37,206 nucleotides of DNA, taken from NCBI GenBank assembly GCA_002700405.1, contig PACY01000048.1, positions 33,631 through 70,836 on the forward strand, written 5' to 3'. The notes under the pieces are model-generated. The model did not search any database and was not told the DNA's origin. It saw nothing but the letters and a program-made list of their open reading frames with translations. A program made the translations under genes and the position numbers. Shown here one piece after another: positions 27,044-34,746 of this stretch (positions within the stretch are counted from its first letter, which is position 1; the number at the start of each line of letters is the position of its first letter). The DNA is from Flavobacteriaceae bacterium. GTDB lineage: Bacteria > Bacteroidota > Bacteroidia > Flavobacteriales > Flavobacteriaceae.

Positions 27044-28030
27044 ATGAAACAAATACCTAAAAAACAAATTGATGTTAAAAAGGTTATTAGCGGATTGTTA
27101 AATGGTGACATTGTTTCTTTAAGTAAAGCTATTACAATAGTTGAAAGTGATAATGCTAAAGACATATCTAATTCTAATAAAATAATTTCTTCATGTCTTA
27201 AAAATAGAACTAATTCAATAAGAATTGGTATAACCGGTGTTCCAGGGGTGGGGAAAAGCACTTTTATTGAGGCTTTTGGCAATCAACTTACAAAACAAGG
27301 ACATAAAGTTGCTGTTTTAGCTATTGATCCAACTAGCACAGTTAGCCGTGGCAGTATTATGGGCGACAAAACCAGAATGAATACTCTAGTTAATAATAAA
27401 AATGCTTTTATAAGACCTAGCCCTGCATCAAGTCATTATGGAGGTGTGGCAAAAAAAACTAGAGAATCAATTATTCTATGTGAAGCTGCAGGGTATAATA
27501 TAGTTATAGTTGAAACCGTTGGTGTTGGTCAAAATGAAATTAGTGTATCTGAAATGGTAGATATCTTTCTATTATTAAAACTTTCTGGTGCTGGAGATGA
27601 ATTACAAGGTATAAAAAGAGGTATAATTGAAATGGCAGATGCAATAATAATAAATAAAGCAGATGGAGATAATATTGAAAAATCTAATAAGGCCATGGCA
27701 GAATTTTCAATGGCATTAAAATTATATCCAATAAAGAAATCTAAGTGGGTTCCAAAAGTACTAACATGTAGCTCAATTAATAATTCAGGTATTGAGCCTA
27801 TTTGGAAATTAGTGTTGAAATACATCTCTAATACAAAAGAAAATAAGTTTTTTTATGAGAATAGAAAACGTCAAAATAAATATTGGTTGTTACAGACCAT
27901 AAATGATAAATTACAATCTGATTTCTTTAGTAATGATAAAATAAAAAAAGAGCTAGAAAACCAATATAGTTTGTTAGATCAAAATAAAACAACGCCATTT
28001 GCTGCTGCTGATGTTTTATTAAAAATATAA
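27044..28030 (+). CDS. meaB: Methylmalonyl-CoA mutase-associated G3E GTPase MeaB/ArgK
   Basis: 328 aa. IGITGVPGVGKSTFIEAFG, AVLAIDPTS...GSIMGDKTRM, FIRPSPAS, VETVGVGQNE, GDELQGIKRGIIEMAD, IINKADGD. Confidence 0.85.
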   Translation: MKQIPKKQIDVKKVISGLLNGDIVSLSKAITIVESDNAKDISNSNKIISSCLKNRTNSIRIGITGVPGVGKSTFIEAFGNQLTKQGHKVAVLAIDPTSTVSRGSIMGDKTRMNTLVNNKNAFIRPSPASSHYGGVAKKTRESIILCEAAGYNIVIVETVGVGQNEISVSEMVDIFLLLKLSGAGDELQGIKRGIIEMADAIIINKADGDNIEKSNKAMAEFSMALKLYPIKKSKWVPKVLTCSSINNSGIEPIWKLVLKYISNTKENKFFYENRKRQNKYWLLQTINDKLQSDFFSNDKIKKELENQYSLLDQNKTTPFAAADVLLKI

Positions 28031-28031
28031 T

Positions 28032-28742
28032 ATGGTAGAATTTACAATAATAGTGCCTGTTTTTAATGAGAAGGAGAATCTATCTAGGCTGGAAGTTGAA
28101 TTAATGAAATTTATTAATTCAACTGAATACAAAACAAAAATTCTTATAGTAGATGACGGATCTACCGATGGAAGTAAAGAAATAATCAAAAGACTATGTA
28201 AAAAAAATAATTTCTTTGAATCTGTGTCTTTTAAAACTAATCATGGGCTTAGCAGTGCATTAAAGGCAGGGTTTGATTTGTGTGATTCAGAATATCTAGG
28301 CTATATTGATTCCGATTTACAAACATCACCAAGTGACTTTCATAATTTATTAAAATATATTGAAGAATATGATCTTGTTACAGGATATAGAGCTAATAGA
28401 AAGGATTCATTAATTAAAAAATTATCCTCATTAGCAGCTAACAGCATTAGAAATTTATTTACTAATGACGGGATCAATGATACGGGATGTCCGTTAAAAG
28501 TAATAAAAACTGATTATGCCAAGAGAATTCCAATGTTTAAAGGATTACATAGATTTTTACCTGCAATGGTACTTCTTCAAAAAGGTAATATTATTGAAAT
28601 TCCTATTCAGCATTTTCCAAGAATAGCCGGAAAGGCAAAGTTTGGCCTATTTAATAGGATATTGGGGCCATTATCAGATTGTTTCGCATTTATTTGGATG
28701 AAAAGAAAATATATTAATTACCAAATAGAAAATAATGATTGA
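28032..28742 (+). CDS. GT2 glycosyltransferase, polyprenyl-phosphate sugar synthase-like (DPM1/Ppm1/ArnC-like catalytic domain, no TM helices)
   Basis: 236 aa. IIVPVFNEKENL, VDDGSTDGS, IDSDLQ (DXD), RIAGKAKF. It starts 1 nt after the meaB stop and overlaps the next gene by 8 nt. Confidence 0.85.
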   Translation: MVEFTIIVPVFNEKENLSRLEVELMKFINSTEYKTKILIVDDGSTDGSKEIIKRLCKKNNFFESVSFKTNHGLSSALKAGFDLCDSEYLGYIDSDLQTSPSDFHNLLKYIEEYDLVTGYRANRKDSLIKKLSSLAANSIRNLFTNDGINDTGCPLKVIKTDYAKRIPMFKGLHRFLPAMVLLQKGNIIEIPIQHFPRIAGKAKFGLFNRILGPLSDCFAFIWMKRKYINYQIENND

Positions 28743-29373
28743 TATCCCCATTGAGATCATTGTATTAGGATTTACCGCACAATTTTTTTTTAGTGCAAGA
28801 GTAATTATCCAATGGTTTTACACAGAACGTGAAGCAAGAGTAATTACACCAACAATTTATTGGATATTAAGCCTAAGTGCTTCGCTGCTTTTCTTTATGT
28901 ATGGTTACTTCAGAGATGATTTTGCTATTATGTTTGGGCAATTTATTGGTTATTATATTTATATCCGAAATTTACAGTTACAGAATAAATGGACAAATTT
29001 TAATTTAACTGTTAGGCTAATATTATTATTTTTACCAATTATAATTTGTGTTGATAGGGCATGGAATTCTAATTTCTTTAACCTAGACTCTCTTTTTTAT
29101 AATCCTGAAATACCTCAGTGGTTATTATATCTCGGAATAATTTCACAAATTACATTTACTTTTAGATATGTATACCAATGGTTGTCCTCTGAAATTACAA
29201 AAAAATCTCACCTACCTTTGGGTTTTTGGGCCATTAGTATTTTAGGTGCGATTTTAATAATTATCTATTCTATTTTTAGAAAAGACCCTGTATTATTCTT
29301 TAGCCATATTGCTGGAATTATTATGTACTCTAGAAATATTTATTTTATTTATCTTAACAAAGAAAAACAGTGA
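28735..29373 (+). CDS. Stand-alone tandem LAB_N (lipid A biosynthesis N-terminal domain) membrane protein, about 7 TM in a 3+1+3 layout
   Basis: 212 aa. Two internal repeats: LGFTAQFFFSARVIIQWFYTERE...P..YW..S...LLFFMYGYFRDD...G..IYIRNL and LGIISQITFTFRYVYQWLSSE...PLGFWAISILGAILIIIYSIFRKD...G.IMYSRNI. A hydrophobic helix separates them. Confidence 0.7.
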   Translation: MIDIPIEIIVLGFTAQFFFSARVIIQWFYTEREARVITPTIYWILSLSASLLFFMYGYFRDDFAIMFGQFIGYYIYIRNLQLQNKWTNFNLTVRLILLFLPIIICVDRAWNSNFFNLDSLFYNPEIPQWLLYLGIISQITFTFRYVYQWLSSEITKKSHLPLGFWAISILGAILIIIYSIFRKDPVLFFSHIAGIIMYSRNIYFIYLNKEKQ

Positions 29374-30938
29374 AATTTTTGAAGAAATATTATTTCTTGG
29401 TAATTGTATTATTTCTGTTAATATATTCATTTTCAACATTCAATTTAATAGAGGTTGGAATTATGGAAGCAAGAAATTTTCAAACTGCAAATGAAATTAT
29501 TGAAAATGACAATTGGCTTCTTCCAACACTAAATGATGAGCCAAGATATCAGAAACCACCACTACCTACTTGGCTAACTGCTTTGTCTGTTTTACTTTTC
29601 AATTCAAAAGCTGTCATATTCTATAGGATTCCTGCTATACTGTTTCTATTTATTATAGGTGCTACAAGCTATTTTTTTAGCCTTAGAATTAATTTTAATA
29701 AAAGCGAGAGTATTATAAATGGACTAATAACTGTGAGCTCTATTTATATAATAGCTATCATATTTGAAGCACCATGGGATATTTTTGCGCATGGCTTTAT
29801 GTTTATAGCTATCTACTATCTTTTTAATTCATTTAAAAATTCTTTTACTAAAAACCATAACATACTTATTGGAATATTAATTGGCCTTTCAATAATGTCA
29901 AAAGGACCAATTTCTATTTACGCATTACTAATTCCTTTTCTTTTATCTTATCTATTAGTATATAAAAAAATTAGCCTTAATAATCTTATTATAATTTTAT
30001 TTATTTCAATAGTTTCTGGTGGAATGTGGTATCTATATGTTTATACTCAAGACTATAATACACTATTAGATATAGGTGCTCAAGAAACTAAAAATTGGTC
30101 AAATTATAATGTTAAGCCATTCTATTACTATTGGGATTTTTTTATTAATAGTGGCATCTGGACAATTCCAGCAATAACTAGCATAATACTCCCATTTATT
30201 AACAGAAAAATTCCAGTTAATAAACACCACCTGCTAACATGCTATTGGGTTTTGTTTTCAGTTATTTTATTATCATTAATACCAGAAAAAAAGACTAGAT
30301 ATTTAATGCCTGTACTTATACCATTAGCACTGAATACTGGCTTCTATATAAATTATATTATTAAATACTCAAAACAGAAGATAAGTCCATTATTATTACC
30401 CATATATTTAAACTTTCTACTAATAGCCATTTTTGGATTAATTACCTCTATTACTCATATATTAAATTATGGAATTAGCTCCTTACCAATAATAGGAGTG
30501 CTTATAACACTACTTTTTATTTATAATTTTTACAAAAGAAATTTTGATAAAGCCATTTACTTAAAAATAATTTTATTTTTCACAGTAATTAATTTTGCTC
30601 TACCACAAACTTATTCAAATACTAATAATGATTACACTTCACTAAATAGTCTAGAATATGAAATACAAAACTTAAAATTATATTCAGATTATAAAATTAC
30701 TGCTGATCTAATATGGAACCTAAAAAGAAAAGTTAACAAAACTGAATTATCTAAAATAAATGATTCAATTTTTGTGCTAATTTCTAATAAAAATTATGAT
30801 TCTATAAATTATGAATTTAGAGAAAATAGACTAATCATAGATAAAAAAATCAAAGTGGATTTTAATCCAACAACAGAAGACAGTAATCGATATAGAGATA
30901 GACTTGCAACAAATCTTTATATTTTATCAAAAATATAA
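29370..30938 (+). CDS. GT-C fold glycosyltransferase, ArnT/PMT_2 (GT83/GT39)-like
   Basis: 522 aa, polytopic. The first periplasmic loop MEARNFQTANEIIENDNWLLPTLNDEPRYQKPPLPTWL parallels the ArnT DExRYAE..EM...GDW..P......Y.EKP...YW pattern. GTG start in a GTGA overlap with the LAB_N gene. Confidence 0.75.
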   Translation: MKFLKKYYFLVIVLFLLIYSFSTFNLIEVGIMEARNFQTANEIIENDNWLLPTLNDEPRYQKPPLPTWLTALSVLLFNSKAVIFYRIPAILFLFIIGATSYFFSLRINFNKSESIINGLITVSSIYIIAIIFEAPWDIFAHGFMFIAIYYLFNSFKNSFTKNHNILIGILIGLSIMSKGPISIYALLIPFLLSYLLVYKKISLNNLIIILFISIVSGGMWYLYVYTQDYNTLLDIGAQETKNWSNYNVKPFYYYWDFFINSGIWTIPAITSIILPFINRKIPVNKHHLLTCYWVLFSVILLSLIPEKKTRYLMPVLIPLALNTGFYINYIIKYSKQKISPLLLPIYLNFLLIAIFGLITSITHILNYGISSLPIIGVLITLLFIYNFYKRNFDKAIYLKIILFFTVINFALPQTYSNTNNDYTSLNSLEYEIQNLKLYSDYKITADLIWNLKRKVNKTELSKINDSIFVLISNKNYDSINYEFRENRLIIDKKIKVDFNPTTEDSNRYRDRLATNLYILSKI

Positions 30939-30941
30939 GAG

Positions 30942-31496
30942 TTACGCTTTAAAGCTCAACTGCTCTAAATAAATATGATAAAAAAGAGTTGAAGAAATAG
31001 CTCCAAAAATCAAACCACATAAAATATCTGTTGGATAATGTAATCCTAAATATATTCTACTATAAGAAAAAATAAATACCCAGATAATTAAAATAATTGA
31101 AAATATACTAGTAAATTTTTCCCTCATTATTCTAATAACGAATAGTGAAACTGCTATTGAATTGGATGCATGAGCAGAAAAGAATCCATATTTGCCACAA
31201 TATATATCTATTTCTCGTAATCCTAAATACCCCTCTCTGCATGGCCTTAACCTCTGAAAACTATCTTTAATAAAATTAGTAAATTGGTCAGTAAATAAGA
31301 TTAATATAGAAATGAATAAAATAATAAACGCCGTTTGCTTTAATCCAAAACTCTTGTATATATAATAAACGATAAAAGCAAACAGAGGTATATAAGTTGT
31401 CTTATTTGTCAAAATAATCCATATAGGATCCCAAAATTCTGATCCTAATGAATTCAAGTAAACTAATATTTGTATGTCAATTTCCTCTAAAGTCAT
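30942..31496 (-). CDS. PAP2-superfamily membrane phosphatase (lipid A phosphatase LpxE/LpxF-like or polyprenyl-diphosphate phosphatase)
   Basis: 184 aa. All three motifs are present: KDSFQRLRP (Kx6RP), FFSAHAS (SxH), SRIYLGLHYPTD (SRx5Hx3D). The start overlaps the MATE stop (TAATG). Confidence 0.85.
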   Translation of the reverse strand: MTLEEIDIQILVYLNSLGSEFWDPIWIILTNKTTYIPLFAFIVYYIYKSFGLKQTAFIILFISILILFTDQFTNFIKDSFQRLRPCREGYLGLREIDIYCGKYGFFSAHASNSIAVSLFVIRIMREKFTSIFSIILIIWVFIFSYSRIYLGLHYPTDILCGLIFGAISSTLFYHIYLEQLSFKA

Positions 31497-32866
31497 TATT
31501 TATTAATCATTTTATTTGTTAAATATAAAAATCTCCAATACAAAAATACAGAAGAAAATAAAAGACCGCAAAGTAATCCAATCCATATACCTGTCTCGGC
31601 CATTGATGACTCATCTCCTAAAATAAAACTTATTGGAAACCCAACAATCCAGTAGGCTATAAAAACTATGATTGTAGGTATTTTTACGTCCTGCATACCC
31701 CTTAAAGTTCCTAATATGATTACTTGAGCACTATCAAATAGTTGAAAAATGGCAACAATTATAAATAATTTTGATGCAATCTTAACTAACTCTATATTCT
31801 CAATTAAATTTTCCTGATTATTAATATCAATGTAAATATAGGGTAGATAATCTCTTAATATATATATTCCTAGGGCAAAAAATGAAGCAAAATAAACTCC
31901 TAATAATAATATTGATAATGATATTCTTTTAAGTTCTTGATAATTTTTTAATCCTTTTTGATTACCAGCCCTAATAGCAGCACTTACACTCAAGCCACTA
32001 GCAACCATAAAAGTCATAGATGAAATATTTAAAACTATTTGATTTGCAGATTGAGGTATTTCTCCTAATAATCCACTTAACCAAATTGCAGATGTAAATA
32101 AACCTACTTCAAAAAACATTTGTAATGAAGTAGGAAATCCTAGACTTAGTATTTCCTCTATCATAAATTTATCATATATGAATGATTTTAAGTCAGACAT
32201 ATAATTATAAATAATCTTTTTATCCATTAGCATATAAAAAAGAAATACAAACATTATTATTCTTGATATCAATGTGCCAATAGCTGCTCCAATAATACCA
32301 AGCTTTGGAAAGCCCAACATTCCAAAAATTAAAATATAGTTTATGATAACATTAATAATATTTGCCACAACTGTTGCATACATTGGATAAATTGTTCTTG
32401 ATAAACCATCTGTATATTGTTTTAAGGCCTGAAATAATAATAAAGGAATAAGTGAAATAGCTACAATATCAATATATGGCAAAGCCAATTTAACAACCTC
32501 TACAGGTTGATCTAAATAAATTAAAGTATTTTTTAAAACTAATACTAATGCATATAATACAGTACCTAATATTAGACATAAAATAAAACCATTAATAAAA
32601 GACTTCTTAAGCTTATTCTGATTTCCTTCAGAGTGTGCTTCTGCAACTATTGGAGTAATTGCTGCTGAAAATCCAATACCAATTGACATTGCAATAAAAA
32701 CATAACTATTTCCTAAAGAAACAGCAGCTAAATTTATTGGATCTAAGTTTCCTACCATTATATTATCTATCATCCCAACTAAAGTATGACCTACTAAACC
32801 TAATATAACAGGTATAGACAATTTTAAATTATACGAAAACTCCTTAGTGTAATTGGATAGATTCAA
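31496..32866 (-). CDS. MATE-family efflux transporter
   Basis: 456 aa, 12 TM. N-terminal LKLSIPVILGLVGHTLVGMIDNIMVG is typical of the NorM/MATE family. Confidence 0.88.
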   Translation of the reverse strand: MNLSNYTKEFSYNLKLSIPVILGLVGHTLVGMIDNIMVGNLDPINLAAVSLGNSYVFIAMSIGIGFSAAITPIVAEAHSEGNQNKLKKSFINGFILCLILGTVLYALVLVLKNTLIYLDQPVEVVKLALPYIDIVAISLIPLLLFQALKQYTDGLSRTIYPMYATVVANIINVIINYILIFGMLGFPKLGIIGAAIGTLISRIIMFVFLFYMLMDKKIIYNYMSDLKSFIYDKFMIEEILSLGFPTSLQMFFEVGLFTSAIWLSGLLGEIPQSANQIVLNISSMTFMVASGLSVSAAIRAGNQKGLKNYQELKRISLSILLLGVYFASFFALGIYILRDYLPYIYIDINNQENLIENIELVKIASKLFIIVAIFQLFDSAQVIILGTLRGMQDVKIPTIIVFIAYWIVGFPISFILGDESSMAETGIWIGLLCGLLFSSVFLYWRFLYLTNKMINK

Positions 32867-32875
32867 TCCTCTAGC

Positions 32876-33451
32876 TTATTTTTGATAGAAATTCATTAAA
32901 TAGTCAATCTCAATTTTTCCTTTCTCAATATTATTTAACTTGTTTTTCAATAGTCTTTTTTTAAAACTAGTTAACTTATCAGTGAATAGTATTCCTTGAA
33001 TGTGATCATATTCATGTTGTATTACTCTAGCAACAATTCCTGAAAAATTTACTTTCTTAGAAATAAAGTTCTCATCATAATATTCAATATAAATATCTGA
33101 CTTTCTTCTTATGTTTTCTCTTATATTAGGAATACTTAAGCACCCTTCTTCAAATAGCCAGCTCTCACCAGTTTCACCTACAATGGTTGGATTAATAAAA
33201 ACTTCTTTAACCCTACTTACTTGTAAATCCTGAATTTTTTCATCATCCATATCTAAAAAAGGGGAAGTATCAATAATAAACAACCTAATTGATTCTCCTA
33301 CCTGTGGAGCAGCCAACCCAACTCCACTAGCATTATACATAGTCTCATACATATTACCTATTAATTCCTTTAAATTAGGATAAGAAGCTGAAATTTCTTT
33401 TGCTTTTCTTTTTAAAACAGGATCCCCATATCCAATTATTGGTAAAATCAT
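32876..33451 (-). CDS. def: Peptide deformylase
   Basis: 191 aa. GVGLAAPQVG, EGCLSIP, QHEYDHIQG motifs. Confidence 0.92.
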   Translation of the reverse strand: MILPIIGYGDPVLKRKAKEISASYPNLKELIGNMYETMYNASGVGLAAPQVGESIRLFIIDTSPFLDMDDEKIQDLQVSRVKEVFINPTIVGETGESWLFEEGCLSIPNIRENIRRKSDIYIEYYDENFISKKVNFSGIVARVIQHEYDHIQGILFTDKLTSFKKRLLKNKLNNIEKGKIEIDYLMNFYQK

Positions 33452-33491
33452 TTATTATTATTTAATACACAATATATCAATTATTGATTAA

Positions 33492-33908
33492 TTACTTCTC
33501 TATAGATTTTAAATATCCTTGAAGAATTATTGTTGCACTTATCTTATCAATAATATATTTATCACTTCTATTTTTTTTGTTTAATCCAGCATCAATCATT
33601 GTTTGTAAAGCAATTTTTGAAGTAAAGCGTTCATCAAATCTCTTAATAGGAATATTAGGAAATTTTAGTGTTAATTTATTTATAAACTTCTTTATTAGTT
33701 CTTCAATATCAGAAAATTCATCATTCATTCTCTTTGGCTGACCAATTACAAACTCAGAAATATTATTGTTAGAATTGTATTTGTCAATGTAATCCATTAC
33801 ACTGTTTGTTTTAATTGTGGTAAGTCCAAATGCAAAAACTTGTGAATCATCACTAACTGCAATTCCAGATTTTACTTCTCCGTAATCAATGGCTAAAATT
33901 ATTGACAT
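33492..33908 (-). CDS. ruvX: Holliday junction resolvase-like / pre-16S rRNA nuclease RuvX (YqgF)
   Basis: 138 aa. ILAIDYGEVKSGIAVSD, FVIGQPKRMN, DERFTS, AATIILQGYL-like C-terminus. Confidence 0.88.
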   Translation of the reverse strand: MSIILAIDYGEVKSGIAVSDDSQVFAFGLTTIKTNSVMDYIDKYNSNNNISEFVIGQPKRMNDEFSDIEELIKKFINKLTLKFPNIPIKRFDERFTSKIALQTMIDAGLNKKNRSDKYIIDKISATIILQGYLKSIEK

Positions 33909-33912
33909 AAAA

Positions 33913-33920
33913 CAAATATA
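33913..33920 (-). promoter_or_regulatory. -7 box TATATTTG only 4 nt upstream of the ruvX ATG (leaderless or near-leaderless)
   Basis: The +strand CAAATATA equals minus-strand TATATTTG, followed by TTTT and then ATG (33906-33908). Confidence 0.3.
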
Positions 33921-33952
33921 ACACTATAACTTGTAGCAAATAAATATCCTTA

Positions 33953-34705
33953 TTAACTAAAGAATTTTTTTATTTTTTTTCTAATAGACCTTCTGCTAAG
34001 AAATTGATTGCTATAATACATCATTAATTTAAAAACCTCCTCCTCACTTCTATTGGAGAGTATAGCATATTCCCTACTAATAATCCTTATTACTTCTTTA
34101 TCATTAGTAAGTCGTCTAAAATTCATTATTCTCATTTTGAAATTCATTTCTTCAAATTTCATTCTATTCAAATCAACTAAATAAAATATCGGCCTACTAT
34201 TATTAAGCTTAACTAAAGTATTTCCAGGGGAATGATCTAAAAAATTAATTCCATTTTCATGAAGCTTTAAAGTAAAACCTACAAAATCATTTAAAATATT
34301 AATCCGATCTGGATAATTAACATTGTTAATTACCTCACTTATTGCAAAATCAAAATCCAGTTGTTCTGAAACATAGAAACTGCTAGTTAAGAGCCCATTT
34401 TTTTTTACTTCATAATAACATATTGGTACTGGGGTATTTATTCCTAAATTCAATAATTTCATTGCATAATTATAAGATCTATTCGCCTTAGATAATCTGA
34501 AAAAGGCGTAAACAATTGAATTAAAAAAATTTGGGACACCAAAAGATTTTACATTTATTTGAATTTGTTCTAAGCTAAATTTTTTAATATTATTTCTATG
34601 ATCTTTAATAGTCTGACCATTAGAAGTGCTGAAATTTTTAATTATACTTAAAATTTCTTCTTTGAAGTTTATATATTTAGAATTAAACTCTATAGACTTA
34701 TTCAA
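33953..34705 (-). CDS. Kdo/WaaP-family (protein-kinase-fold) lipopolysaccharide kinase-like protein
   Basis: 250 aa, TTG start. INFLDHSPGNTLV (catalytic D...N) and FYLVDLNRMKF (metal-binding D, cf. IDxDR of Kdo/WaaP kinases). INVKSFG is a candidate ATP-Lys. Confidence 0.55.
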   Translation of the reverse strand: MNKSIEFNSKYINFKEEILSIIKNFSTSNGQTIKDHRNNIKKFSLEQIQINVKSFGVPNFFNSIVYAFFRLSKANRSYNYAMKLLNLGINTPVPICYYEVKKNGLLTSSFYVSEQLDFDFAISEVINNVNYPDRINILNDFVGFTLKLHENGINFLDHSPGNTLVKLNNSRPIFYLVDLNRMKFEEMNFKMRIMNFRRLTNDKEVIRIISREYAILSNRSEEEVFKLMMYYSNQFLSRRSIRKKIKKFFS

Positions 34706-34717
34706 CTGGTTATTTTT

Positions 34718-34725
34718 TATATTTG
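34718..34725 (+). promoter_or_regulatory. -7 box TATATTTG upstream of tsaC
   Basis: Exact TAnnTTTG match, 21 nt before the ATG at 34747. Confidence 0.35.
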
Positions 34726-34746
34726 ATATAAATATATTTATAATAG

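Noticed and set aside
25742-27825. ORFs 25742..25930 (-), 27034..27282 (-) and 27529..27825 (-)
   Set aside because: They lie antisense within secA and meaB.
29309-29494. 61-aa +strand ORF spanning the LAB_N/GT-C junction in a third frame
   Set aside because: Both flanking frames are supported by motifs and by the GTGA coupling. I see no evidence of a frameshift.
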